Assembly (NCBI RefSeq): GCF_036971445.1 | Contig: NC_091470.1 | Location: forward strand, 341,620,001 to 341,684,000 | Direction: 5' to 3' | Source of the DNA: Narcine bancroftii | Taxonomy: Eukaryota | Length of the DNA: 64,000 nucleotides | In this document: positions 53,023-63,993 of the stretch, in pieces | Position numbering within the stretch: the stretch's first letter is position 1 | Layout of the letters: each line of letters starts with the position of its first letter | The notes under the pieces: generated by a model | What the model saw: the letters and a program-made list of their open reading frames with translations, nothing else | Databases searched by the model: none | What the model was told of the DNA's origin: nothing | Made by a program: the position numbers and the translations under genes

Positions 53023-53278
53023 TTTCACACAATTTGACTGGGATTTCTGAAACCCTTTCCCCCTCACCCCATGCCCCAGTGGAATTCTCTTCTTGATTTA
53101 CAGATCAGCATGGTATCAAGCCTTTCCAGCCTGCACAGACCAAATACACCCATGTCTCCAATTAACTTCCTAACCTGTGTATCTTGGAATGTGGGATGAA
53201 GCCAGAGCACATGGTGGAACAGGCTAACTGTTCACAGGGAGAATGGGCAATTTAAAACTCAATCCTTGGTTCTGTAAT

Positions 53279-53572
53279 CTTCTTTGGCTTGGCTTCGCGG
53301 ACGAAGATTTATGGAGGGGGTAAAAGTCCATGTCAGCTGCAGGCTCGTTTGTGGCTGACAAGTCCGATGCGGGACAGGCAGACACGGTTGCAGCGGCTGC
53401 AGGGGAAAATTGGTTGGTTGGGGTTGGGTGTTGGGTTTTTCCTCCTTTGCCTTTTGTCAGTGAGGTGGGCTCTGCGGTCTTCTTCAAAGGAGGTTGTTGC
53501 CCGCCAAACTGTGAGGTGCCAAGATGCACGGTTTGAGGCGATATCAGCCCACTGGCGGTGGTCAATGTGGCA
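53279..53572 (-). mobile_element. RTE LINE 3' fragment inserted in an HE1-like SINE (53105-53595)
   Basis: Reverse complement of the RTE 3' end; SINE tail rejoins as CTGTAAT|AGCATTACACTAACC. Confidence 0.9.
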
Positions 53573-54829
53573 AGCATTACACTAACCACAATGGTAAGAA
53601 TGCTGTCATTCAAAATGACTGGAGTTTGGAGCATGTTTATTTTTTCTTTTAAAAATGTGGTCTATGGTATGGCATTATTTTTGTATTGTAGAAAATATTA
53701 TAGAAAATATCATCAACCTTGTATTTACAAGGAACATGGGCATGTTTAGTGATCAAGTTATAGACCACAGAAATGATGTCCATGACACTTACTGTAGCTG
53801 CCTATATCAATCACATTTAGGGGATCTGTTATCTTCTGTGCCTTGCCAATCCAAGTATTTGACGATGCTTGTCAAATATCATGAGACTATCTTTTTTCAC
53901 TACTGAGCAGTGCTTTACAGAATCCAATTACACTGCACAACAAATGTTTTCAAAAGGTTTCTTTCCTGAAAAACAAACAAGGATTATGATAGACAGCTTC
54001 AAGCTGAACACAAGGATCAGTTCAGATTTGCTGTATCTCATAGGAAGTCCGAGAAATATTAAATTAACTTATTAAATTTAGCATGCTTAATTGCATTATT
54101 GATGCTGTCACATTGCGTTAGTTCAACTGGCCTAAAAACCTTTAGCTGCTAATTTTCGTTTGTACTCAGCATCTGGTGCCTCTCGTGTCAGTATCCCAAC
54201 AATATTTGGCCAGTGTTGATGGATTCTAGTTGCCCTGATTCTGCTATTCCATGGTTGCAATGTGCAGGTGAAACCTTTCGTCATGTTCATTACTGTCTGC
54301 ACCGAGAATTGCAAGGGAAAAAGACTATGCAGAAAACAAATTTTCAATAAAACAAATTTTCAATGACATGTTGCACTTTATGGTTTGTATGGTTGAAGCA
54401 TGTTGTCAAGAAAATTCTCAACAACATATTTAAATGTCTTCCATGCATGCCCAGGCCTAAGACAACATTTGCAAAGCACCTACACTGAGTGCATGCCCAG
54501 GCAAGCTTGGACTAGCCAATATATAGTAGATTTAAAATATGACAGGAAATCACAAAAACAGGTAAATGATAGGAAATTTTTAAGGTAATTTTCATGATCA
54601 GTAGCCCAAAATCCAGAAAATACATCCAAAGTGTTCAGGAAGCAAAATCTTTGTGGTTCAGTGTTATTCTCTGGTGAATTCTTGCTCGAAATGCCCTCCA
54701 ACTTCTTACTTTGCACCTTAAATCTATATGACAATACTAATTATTCCCCGCCCCCCCCCCTAATTTTAATTTTATTTGCCTCAAAATACCTGGTACAATG
54801 AGGGGTTCTTCTGCAAACAGACCAACAGG

Positions 54830-55166
54830 CTATATTTAACATTGCATACAGCTGTCTATGGAGCACCAATTTACAGAGTGTAAGATTACAATGTAAAGGG
54901 AAGTTCAATTAGCAGCAGGCAAAGCACCATTTTATTCAGGAGCCTGATGGTTGCAAGGAAGAAACTTTTGTTAGCCAGTTGGTGTGTGCTTTCATAATCT
55001 TCAACCCGATGGGAGGTGGGAAAAGACAGTGTGTCTGGGGTGTGATGGGTCCTTCAATATGTTGTCTGCCTTTCCAAGGCAACAGGGAGGGTAGCTGGAA
55101 TCCATGGAGGGGACAGATGTTCTTGTGTTCTCAGCCGTACTAACTACCTCCTGTCGTTCCTTCCAA
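54830..55166 (-). mobile_element. Rex1/Babar 3' fragment (host of the Gypsy); continues at ~57890-58230
   Basis: ATTCAGGAGCCTGATGGTTGC...AAGAAACT; the RT part (YADD-like ATATGCTGATGACACC on the minus strand) follows the Gypsy. Confidence 0.7.
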
Positions 55167-57882
55167 TCTGGTGGTGCACCACCAGCCTACTTCAGGGGGC
55201 AACCTCTGTACCTGCAGGAGTGTAAGAGGACAGGACAACACCTGGCCGGCCGGGCCAATCAGTCGGCCTGAGTAGATCAAGCCCCACCCGGTCGGGTGTC
55301 AATCACCCTCCGGGGGATACAAGCCTGTGGAGGCCTCACACTGAGTTGCGGCAGCGACAGCAGTGGCTCTTTGAAGGTTTTTGTGGATTAAAGCCTGTTC
55401 AGTCTTTACCTTGTGTGTGTCTGATTCTGTCTAACAGCGCACCACAATTTAATCCACAAAATTTTCCCACGGCTGCCATGGAAAAACTCCTGTACGCAGG
55501 GAGCCTCAAGGTCGAGCCACGCCACCCGGAAGCCCAGACACACTTTGAGATCTGGTAGCACGCGGTCGAGAGATCTGGTAGCACGCGGTCGAGGCAATCA
55601 TCGAGACACACGAGGGCAACATCCTGGACTCTGATCAGAAGAGGTTGGTCCTACTCCGGTCAAAGCTGGGTCCCCAAGCCTTCCAGGTAACCAAAGGCTG
55701 CACCATGTACAAGAGCGCAATGGAAACTCTTGAGAACTTGTACAAGCCCCCCATGAATGTGGTCTGTGCAAGGTACCTCCTCAATACCCAAGCCCAGCAA
55801 CCCGGAGAGATGGCTGAGTCTTACCTGGGACACTTGCGAGAGTTGGCCCAATTGTGTGGCTGAACCCGGGGTAGGTGTAGAGGAGGTCGAGAAGCTGATC
55901 CGGGACACCTTCGTCCGAGGGCTATGCTCAAGGGCCATCCGGCAGAAGATGCTGGAGGACAACATCTATGCCCTAACCAGGAATGTGGAAGTGGTCCAAA
56001 CCCTGGAGGCAGCACCCCTCCATGTCGAAGCCTTCAATTCTGGATTTCCCCAGGCTCCCTCATGGCCCTCTCACACTGCAGCTGCAGCCCCAGGCTGAGC
56101 TGGGGAGGAGAACATGCCTGCGGCAGGCACCCGGTGCCCCTATAAGTATTGTGGGTCAGATCGACGATCACGCCAAAACTACCCACCTAGGAACCTGTAT
56201 TGTTCCCGATGCGGCAAGAAAGGCCACTTTGCAAAAATGTACCTTTCTTAACGTGCCGGCAGCTCAGCGGTCCTCTATGACCTCCCTACCTCCCCCGCGG
56301 ACACCCCCACACGTGTGCGTGCCAGACGGCGCCATTGTCCCCGCGACGACTTCCATCTTCCCTGGCCCTGCCAGCAACCGTTGCACCATGTGCCCCAAGC
56401 ATGTACCAGCCCTCGCTGCTCACTGAGGTCGATTCCGGCTCACGGCGTGATGTCACTGCCGCTGGCCGTGATGACGTTGCTTCCCCTGGCACAGCGGACA
56501 TGCCTGGGGAAGGAGGCCAGCCACACAGTGGCTCCCAATGTGCAGCTGCCATCTTGGGCCAGGCAGCGCCCGACACGGAGGGCCCCTGACGATGTGGAGA
56601 ACAACTTGGTCAACACAGGTGATGACCAGGCCGCTCTACCGATGCTCCCCATGCCTCCAGGTGCCATCAGCTGCCGCACGCCGCACGCACCCAGTGACCA
56701 ATGGCAACATGGTCAACACGGGCGACGACCAGGCCGCCCTATCAACGCTCCCCATCCCTCCGGAGAGCGACGACTCCAACTCTGAGATGGTCCTGGCCGC
56801 CACCACGCTGACCAGGGACATTCCCCACGTTCTTGGGCGCTCGATGATGGACGTGCGAGTCAATGGGCAGTTAATAAAGTGCCTGTTGGACAGTGGCAGC
56901 ACCGAGAGCTTCATTCACCCAAGTGTGGCCCACTCCCTAAGGTTAAAGATCCACCCCACCACCTGCTCGATTGCCCTCGCCACCAAGGATAAGACTGTTG
57001 GTACCCTCGGGCACTGCTCGGTCAATATAATGATGGGAGGGGAGACTTACACGGGATTCAGGCTCCTGGTCATGCCCAAACTCTGTGCACCACTCCTCCT
57101 GGGCCTGGATTTCCAGTACCACCTGCAGAGTGTCACCCTTGCCTTTGGGGGGCCCCAACCTCCACTCACATGGCACAGCACGCCAACCTACCAGCCCCGG
57201 TCAACCTCCGGCTTCTCCGCACTGCGCATCACCCCACCAGTGCTCTTCCCACATCGTGCGCTAATTGCAAGCCGATCGCTGCCAGAAGTAGGCGCTATTG
57301 CGCTGCAGACAGGGACTTCATCAATGAGGAGGTGCGGTGACTCCTGGCGGAAGCGTTATAGAGCCCAGTAACAGCCCTTAGAGAGCCCAAGACCTGTTGG
57401 TCAAAGGGGGAAATAAGCCGAGGATGGTTGTGGATTACAGCCAGACCATTAATTGGTACATCCAGCTGGATGCCTACCCCCTGACGAGGATCGCCAACAT
57501 GGTCAATGAGATTGCCCGCTAATGAATTTTCTCCACGATTGACCTGAAGTTGGCGTATCACCAAATCCATATCCACCCAAAGGACAATCCCTATACCTCC
57601 TTTGAGGTGGACGGGCACCTGTACCAGTTCCGCCGGGTTCCTTTTGGGGTCACGAATGGGGTCTCCATCTTCCAGCAGGAGATGGATCGCATGCAGACCG
57701 GCGTAAGCTAAATGCGACGTTCCCCTATCTGGATAATGTCACTATCTGCAGCCGTGACCAGCAGGACCACGATGCTAACCTGGAAAAATTCCTCCAGATG
57801 GCCGCGGAGCTGAACCTCACAACAAGGAGAAGTGTGTGTTCAGCACCACCCGCCTTGCCGTCCTGGGGTACATCGTGGCCCA
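55167..57882 (+). mobile_element. Gypsy retrotransposon, 3'-truncated: 5' LTR (55167-55446), gag, protease, RT
   Basis: gag ATG 55478 (GCCATGG); ARYLLNTQAQQPGE, CSRCGKKGH knuckle, CLLDSGSTESFI, RMVVDYSQTIN, FSTIDLKLAYHQI, VPFGVTNG, FPYLDNVTIC; several stops and frameshifts. Confidence 0.92.
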
Positions 57883-58499
57883 GATCATTTTATTGGCACT
57901 AAGAAAGAGGTTGTTATCTTGCCACATGCCAGTAGACTCACTAAACTTACAATCTCAGTGTTATTTGATACCCGGCCCACCACCATGGTGTCATCAGCAT
58001 ATTTAAAGGTGCCTTAGCTATAACAGTCATGAGTGTAGAGGGAGTATAGTAGGGAAATGAGTACACACATCCTCGAGAGTGCCAGTTTTGAGTGAGATTG
58101 AAGAGTTGCTTTGCCCTTCTCTGATTGCGGTCTGTTACGAAATCAAAGTTCGAGAGAGGCCAAGATCCAGCAGATTGGGAATGAGTTTGCAAGAGACTAT
58201 GGTACTGAAGGCAAAGCCATAGCCTATGAATAGTAGTGATATTAAATATTGGCGAGGAAATAGATAGCTGACATTTTGGGTCTTGATATATAAATGGTCC
58301 CACCCTGAAATACTGACATTTCTATTCATGAATGCTGCCTGACCTATTGCCAGTTGTGCTTCTCTTTGTTTACGCAGACTATCTGGTCTCCCTGGAAATG
58401 AAATGTTCTCATCCAAGTAACATCAAAATGAATCTTCTCAGCACCTTCTCCAGTCATTTTTCTATAGTCTCATGATCAGAGCTGCAAGCCAGGTGTAGC

Positions 58500-59060
58500 C
58501 TAATTCACAGTTTATAAATAGTAGAGGAGTTGGGATGTGATGGTGAAATTGTAAAAGATATTGATGAAACTAAAATTTGGAGTATTGTCATTTTGTCATC
58601 TAACTGCATTAAAGATACCAATAAGATTGACAGAATACAGAGAAGATTTACAAGGATGTTGCCAGGAGTTGAGTAACTCAGTTACAGGGACATATTAACC
58701 AAGTTATTCCCCATAGCATAGAAGTATGAGGGGAGATTTGATAGAGGTATATAAAATTATGAAGGGTATTCATAGAGTAAATGCCAGCAAGCGTGGTTTA
58801 CTGAGACGAGAACTAGTGGACATGGGTTAGGGTAAAATGTGAGATGATTAAGGGGAACTTCACACAGAGAGTGATGAGTGGAACTAGCTACCTGTTGAAA
58901 TGGTGAATGTGGGCTTGATTTTGACATTCAGGAAAATTTTGGAGAGGTACATGAAAGGGAGGAGAGTGGGAGGGCATGGCACTATGCAGGATAATAGTTT
59001 GCACAGACTAGATGGGCTGAATGATCTGTTTCTGCACTCTACTATTCTTTGGTTCTATAA
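58500..59060 (+). mobile_element. CR1 3' fragment
   Basis: CAGAGAAGATTTACAAGGATGTTGCCAGG...GATTTGATAGAGGTATATAAAATTATG...TTCTATAAATCT. Confidence 0.8.
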
Positions 59061-59324
59061 ATCTGAAACATGGCATTCCAGCTCTTGTATTTTAAGCCAC
59101 AATCAACAAGCATCCCACAGATGTACAGAAGATTGGGTATATCTTCTTTCTTTGGCTTGGCTTCGCGGACGAAGATTTTGTCAAATGGCATGAAAATCTC
59201 AAATGACATTGTCCTGATCAAGTTGTAATATATCCCCATAATCCTCAACTAACTGTCTCTATAATCCCCTTTCACAACTCCAACCCTCCTTGCAAGTGGG
59301 TAAATCTATGTGCATGCTGCACCC

Positions 59325-59800
59325 AGGACCCTTTCACTGTACATGATTTACCTGGTTCCTCGGGATCCTTGGATTTTAAGGAGGGGGGGTCCACCTCCAG
59401 CAGTGGTGTTATGAGTGACGTATTACGTGCTGCACTCTGACAGCCTCACGAACTGCCCAGTTATATTTCACAGCCCGGCCGGCCACACTCTGACATTACT
59501 ATCAGCCGGTTGTCAGAGCAGTCGCCGGGACTGTCAGAGCATGGTCAGCTGGGCTGTGAAATATAACCGTCAGACTGATGCAAGCACTGACATCACTAAT
59601 GGTACCTGGTAAGTCTCTGGCACAGAGTGATTACCCAGTCAAGGCCAGGCTCTGACACTTGCCCCCTACCAAGAGTCTGAACCCAGTTGATTTTGACTCA
59701 TCCTGCCCGGTTGGGACCTTTCACACCACCAGATTACCAGCTACGGACCTACTAAATTGGCCAGTTCAACCAACCCACGTGTACTTGGCTGTGTGAAATA
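59325..59800. repeat. Palindromic MITE-like element
   Basis: 36-bp inverted arms 59460-59495 and 59532-59567; recurrent CCTTTCACA/TGTGAAA motifs. Confidence 0.55.
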
Positions 59801-59929
59801 AAAGTCTGATTCCTTGAGAAGGAGGGTCTTCAAACTGCTGAAGGAACCAGGCTGGTGGTGGGGGGAGGGGGGGGTTAATTGCTGTGAAATTTCCAGTCTC
59901 TGTATTGGGGTTTCAGTCCTCTCTCTGTT

Positions 59930-60242
59930 TTTTTTAAATTTTTTATTTTTCACACCATAAATCACAATAGCCATGATATACACTTTTTCTTTTTCACACA
60001 TTTACAGTGACTTTTTCTCCCCCCCCCCCCTCCCTCCTCCCAAGCCACCCCCCCACCCCCCCCTCTCATCCATTTTAGGTATACAATCTAGGTTGCATTA
60101 ATTCAGTCAGACAATGTTGTCATTCAACAAAAATACACCAGAAATTCTACAGAGTCCATTAGAAAAAATAACATATAGTTTAAGAAATAATATTGAAATA
60201 TTCGAACAAGTATGGGAGCCTTACATTAAATACAATAGCGAA
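59930..60242 (-). mobile_element. 5'-inverted L1 insertion with 15-bp TSD
   Basis: TSD AGTCCTCTCTCTGTT at 59915-59929 and 60243-60257; T-run plus 3' UTR on minus (59930 to ~60157); ORF2 end PLEKITYSLRNNIEIFEQVWEPYIKY on plus (~60156-60242). Confidence 0.85.
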
Positions 60243-60879
60243 AGTCCTCTCTCTGTTGATGCGAGATCTCTACCTGAAATGTTGACCATTCCTTTATTCC
60301 TTTCCCTACCTGAAAATTCCTCAATACCTTGCCTCTCACCCCTATCCCAAGAGATATTGCCCAACCTGCTGAGTTCCTCCAGCAGTTTTTGCTCTATCTT
60401 GTAGGCTTGTTCTTAAACTATTTATTGATGGTGATCTCCTTCCCCCACTAATGTCCTTAGGACTACCTGTCCTTGATCATTTCTTCCATCTATCCCCAAT
60501 CTACAATCCCTGAACAGTTTCCATTCTCTTGGGAGATCACAAAGAAAGCGTTTACACCTGTGTGCATATATAACAATCTGGACCATGCACAAGGGAGAAC
60601 ATTATAGCCCTCAAGGCTTGTACTCCCTACCTGTTGCAATTTTGGGGGGGTAGCATTTGTATTCCAAGCTCATTTCCAAAATAGATTTTCCTATCCGCAG
60701 TATGCCTTTGTGTGCTGTAAAAGCTGTTGGGCAGGAAATTCCAGGACTTTTTTCTGAATGTAATTACATCAGACTGATGCAATCACTAATTAATTATAAA
60801 ATTGCAAGATTGGTATTATAACTTTATGATTTTTTTTATCCTGTCCATTGAAGAAAGCAGCCAACATCAATGAGGAACT

Positions 60880-62000
60880 CAATGCCCTCTTCGCCTGAAT
60901 TGACGACAATAACAGCGAAGAACCATACCCTGAGGAGGCCGTGCATGCTGTCTTCAGAAGAGTGAATCTGAGGAAAGTATCTGGCCCGGACAAGTACCTG
61001 GCCGACAATGATGAAATGTTTTGAAAGGCTGATGTTGACGCACATCAACTTGTGTGAGCAGTGACAGGGATACATTCCAGTTCGCCTATCATAGCCACAC
61101 GTCTATGGCGGATGCCACCTGACTGGCTCCATCCACTCAAGCCCTGGAACACCTGGACAGCAAAGGTGCATTCATCAGGATGCTCTTTATCGACTAAAGT
61201 TCACCATTTAACAGTATCAACCCCTCAAAACTAATCACCAAACTCTTTTAAGACCTGGGACTAAAACCCCACTGTGTAATTGGATCATGGATTTTCTCAC
61301 CACCAGACCATAATCAATGAGGATTGATAAGAACATCTCCTCCACAATCTCAGTCCCTTTCTTAGCTCCATGGTCTACTTACTTTACACCTACAACTCTG
61401 GGGCTCGGTATGACAATAACACAATCTACAAATTTACCGATGATACCACAGTTGTGGGTTGAATAAAGAAAGGAGATGAATCAGCATACAGGCGGGAGAT
61501 TGAAAACTTGGCTGAATGGTACACCAACAGCAACCTTGCATTCAATGTCACCAAAACTAAGGAGCTGATTGTTGACTTCAGGAAGGGAAAGCCATTGGTG
61601 TACAATGCAGTGATCATTGGGGGAACAGAGGTGGAGAGGGTGAGCAAATTTAAGTTATTGGGTGTCACTGTCTCTGAGGAACTTTCCTGGACCAAATGGA
61701 CATCGTGAAGAAAGCATTTCAGTCAATGCCTCTACTTCCTCAGGAGTTTGGAGGTTAGGTATGACACCAGAAACCCTGGCAAATTTCTACAGATGTCTGA
61801 AGGAAAGTGTACTGACCAACTGATAAATGGCTTGTAAAGCTATATAGACATTACCTTTTAAAAATAACGCTTTGTACAATAACAGCTAATTTGTATGGTC
61901 TGGTACGGGTCACCAATACCCCGAGCAATAAGCCCTGCAAATTGTTGTGGAGAACAGCCCAGGACATTGCAGGCAAAATCCTCCCCACTATCAGATGTGG
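60880..62000 (+). mobile_element. Rex1/Babar LINE fragment
   Basis: RVNLRKVSGPD, MMKCFERL, IRMLFID, IYKFTDD, KTKELIVDFRK. Confidence 0.88.
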
Positions 62001-62793
62001 AGAACATCTATATATTTTATATATTGGGAGATCACAAAGAAAAAATGAACCTCTCTGTAATTTAAAAAAATAAGTACTTGTTCATTAGGACAAAAAACCC
62101 ATTATCAACCCCAACTCTGGGACCACCAAAAGAAAAGATCTATCTGCAGTACTGAAACATCACATTTTATTTTGCACTAACCACAACCGTAAATAATTTG
62201 GTCGTTTAATTTATACTTTTGTTTCACAAACAGCTGTGGATTTAAACCTGGTCGCATTGCGCTAACCCTGCCACCCACTTCCTTTGTATTATTTCCCTGT
62301 TGTACCTCTGGGTCATTTGTTTTCACCTGAGAGGTTGATTGGTTAGACTTCTGCCTGGCTATAGGACTTCCTCTGTGCTATAGCCAGGATTCAAAGCCAA
62401 ATGATTAACTTCCATTTGTTGCTTCATTTAACATTGTCAACTTTGATTGCATTTAATTCAGTACAGATTATGTGATTGCAAATGGGATTTTTATAATTTT
62501 CATTACAATTTATAAACAGGAATAAAACCTTGAACTTGTTTTTTCATTTAATTATCTAGTATCTTATTTCTCGTTAGTTTAATAATTCTCTTCAATTTTA
62601 ATTGACGGCATGGTAACAGGCTCTTCCGACCGCCCAAATAGCCCAATTAACCCACAACCCTCATACGTTTTGAAGGGTGGGAGGAAACCAGAGCACCCAG
62701 AGGTAACCCACTCAGATACAGAGAGAGCGTTCAAATTCCTTACAGACAACGCCAGATTTGAACCTGGGTTGCTGGTGCACTAACCACTACACT

Positions 62794-63204
62794 CTTTCTT
62801 CTTTGGCTTGGTTTTGCGGACGAAGATTTATGGAGGGGTAATGTCCACGTCAGCTGCAGGCTCGTTTGTGGCTGACAAGTCTGATGCAGGACAGGCAGAC
62901 GCGGTTGCAAGGGAAAATTGGTTGGTTGGGATTGGGTGTTGGGTTTTTCCTCCTTTGTCTTTTGTCAGTGAGGTGGGCTCTGCAGTCTTCTTCAAAGGAG
63001 GTTGCTGCCCGCAGAACTGTGAGGCGCCAAGATGCACGGTTTGAGGTGATATCAGCCCACTGGCGGTGGTCAATGTGGCAGGCACCAAGAGCTTTCTTTA
63101 GGCAGTCCTTGTACTTCTTTGGTGCACCTCTGTCTCGGTGGCCAGTGGAGTGCTCGCCATATAGCACGATCTTGGGAAGGCGATGGTCCTCCATTCTGGA
63201 GGAC
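62794..63204 (-). mobile_element. RTE LINE 3' fragment with 16-bp TSD, in an HE1-like SINE tail
   Basis: ORF 62850-63194 matches the RTE C-terminus; TSD CACTAACCACTACACT at 62778-62793 and 63205-63220. Confidence 0.95.
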
Positions 63205-63294
63205 CACTAACCACTACACTAACCACTTAATAGCCCTGCTCAAGCAAAACAATTATTTTCCTTGATTTTTACATTTTTCAATTGAGCTGGTCTA

Positions 63295-63993
63295 TAGGCC
63301 ATCTCAATAGCCCAAAACTGGGATGTAAAGGCAGATAAACTCCAAACACATATGCGGAGGTGGTCTCTGAGCCACATAATCCAGGGATAATCTCCGTAGT
63401 ACAGCCCTCCACCAAGCGATCTGAATTGTCAGCTGCGCTAGGCGTGAGGGGCGGGCTGATGGTGCCATCAGCCCATGACCCATCTCCCCATTCACCCCTC
63501 TCCCTCTTAAGTCAGGGAGCCCTCAGCGCAGCAGGAGCTATCAGCGGGGACCGACAGGGCAGCAGGGACCTGCGGGGGCAGCAAGAGTATTCAGGGCAGC
63601 GGGGACTGCCAGGGGGCGGCTGGTGCAGGCTGGGACAGCCACACCGGGCCGCTTTGGCCTTCAGGACTCCTCTCTGCGGGCTCAAAACATGGCAGGGCAA
63701 TGGCCGTCTTCCCTACCCATAATCCTCCACACAGCTGGAACAGTTCTGGGAACCTTAGAGCGGTTTCAGCTGTGTGGGGGCTTATGGGTAGGGAAGATGG
63801 CCATTGCTCTGCTGTGTATTGATGATGGTGGCGCTACACCACCAGTCGGCCCACCTCCACGGGGATCTGGAGGGCGCTATGAGGTGCCTCTCCTTTCAGT
63901 GGGATGCTGGAGCAGCCTTTTTGGGCTGCAGTCAGAATGGTAAATTCCAGATTTCTGATCCACCCCGTAGCTAGTTTCCAGGCGGAGGCCTAA
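63295..63993. mobile_element. GC-rich hairpin MITE, copy C
   Basis: Homologous to copies A and B; 45-bp-stem hairpin at 63697-63807. Confidence 0.65.

Noticed and set aside
54334-54365. Short tandem duplications (also ~17285-17312)
   Set aside because: Ordinary slippage events with no further structure
55983-56785. Overlapping GC-rich ORFs as accessory or env-like genes
   Set aside because: They lie in the low-complexity gag-protease spacer, where GC-rich DNA gives open frames on both strands
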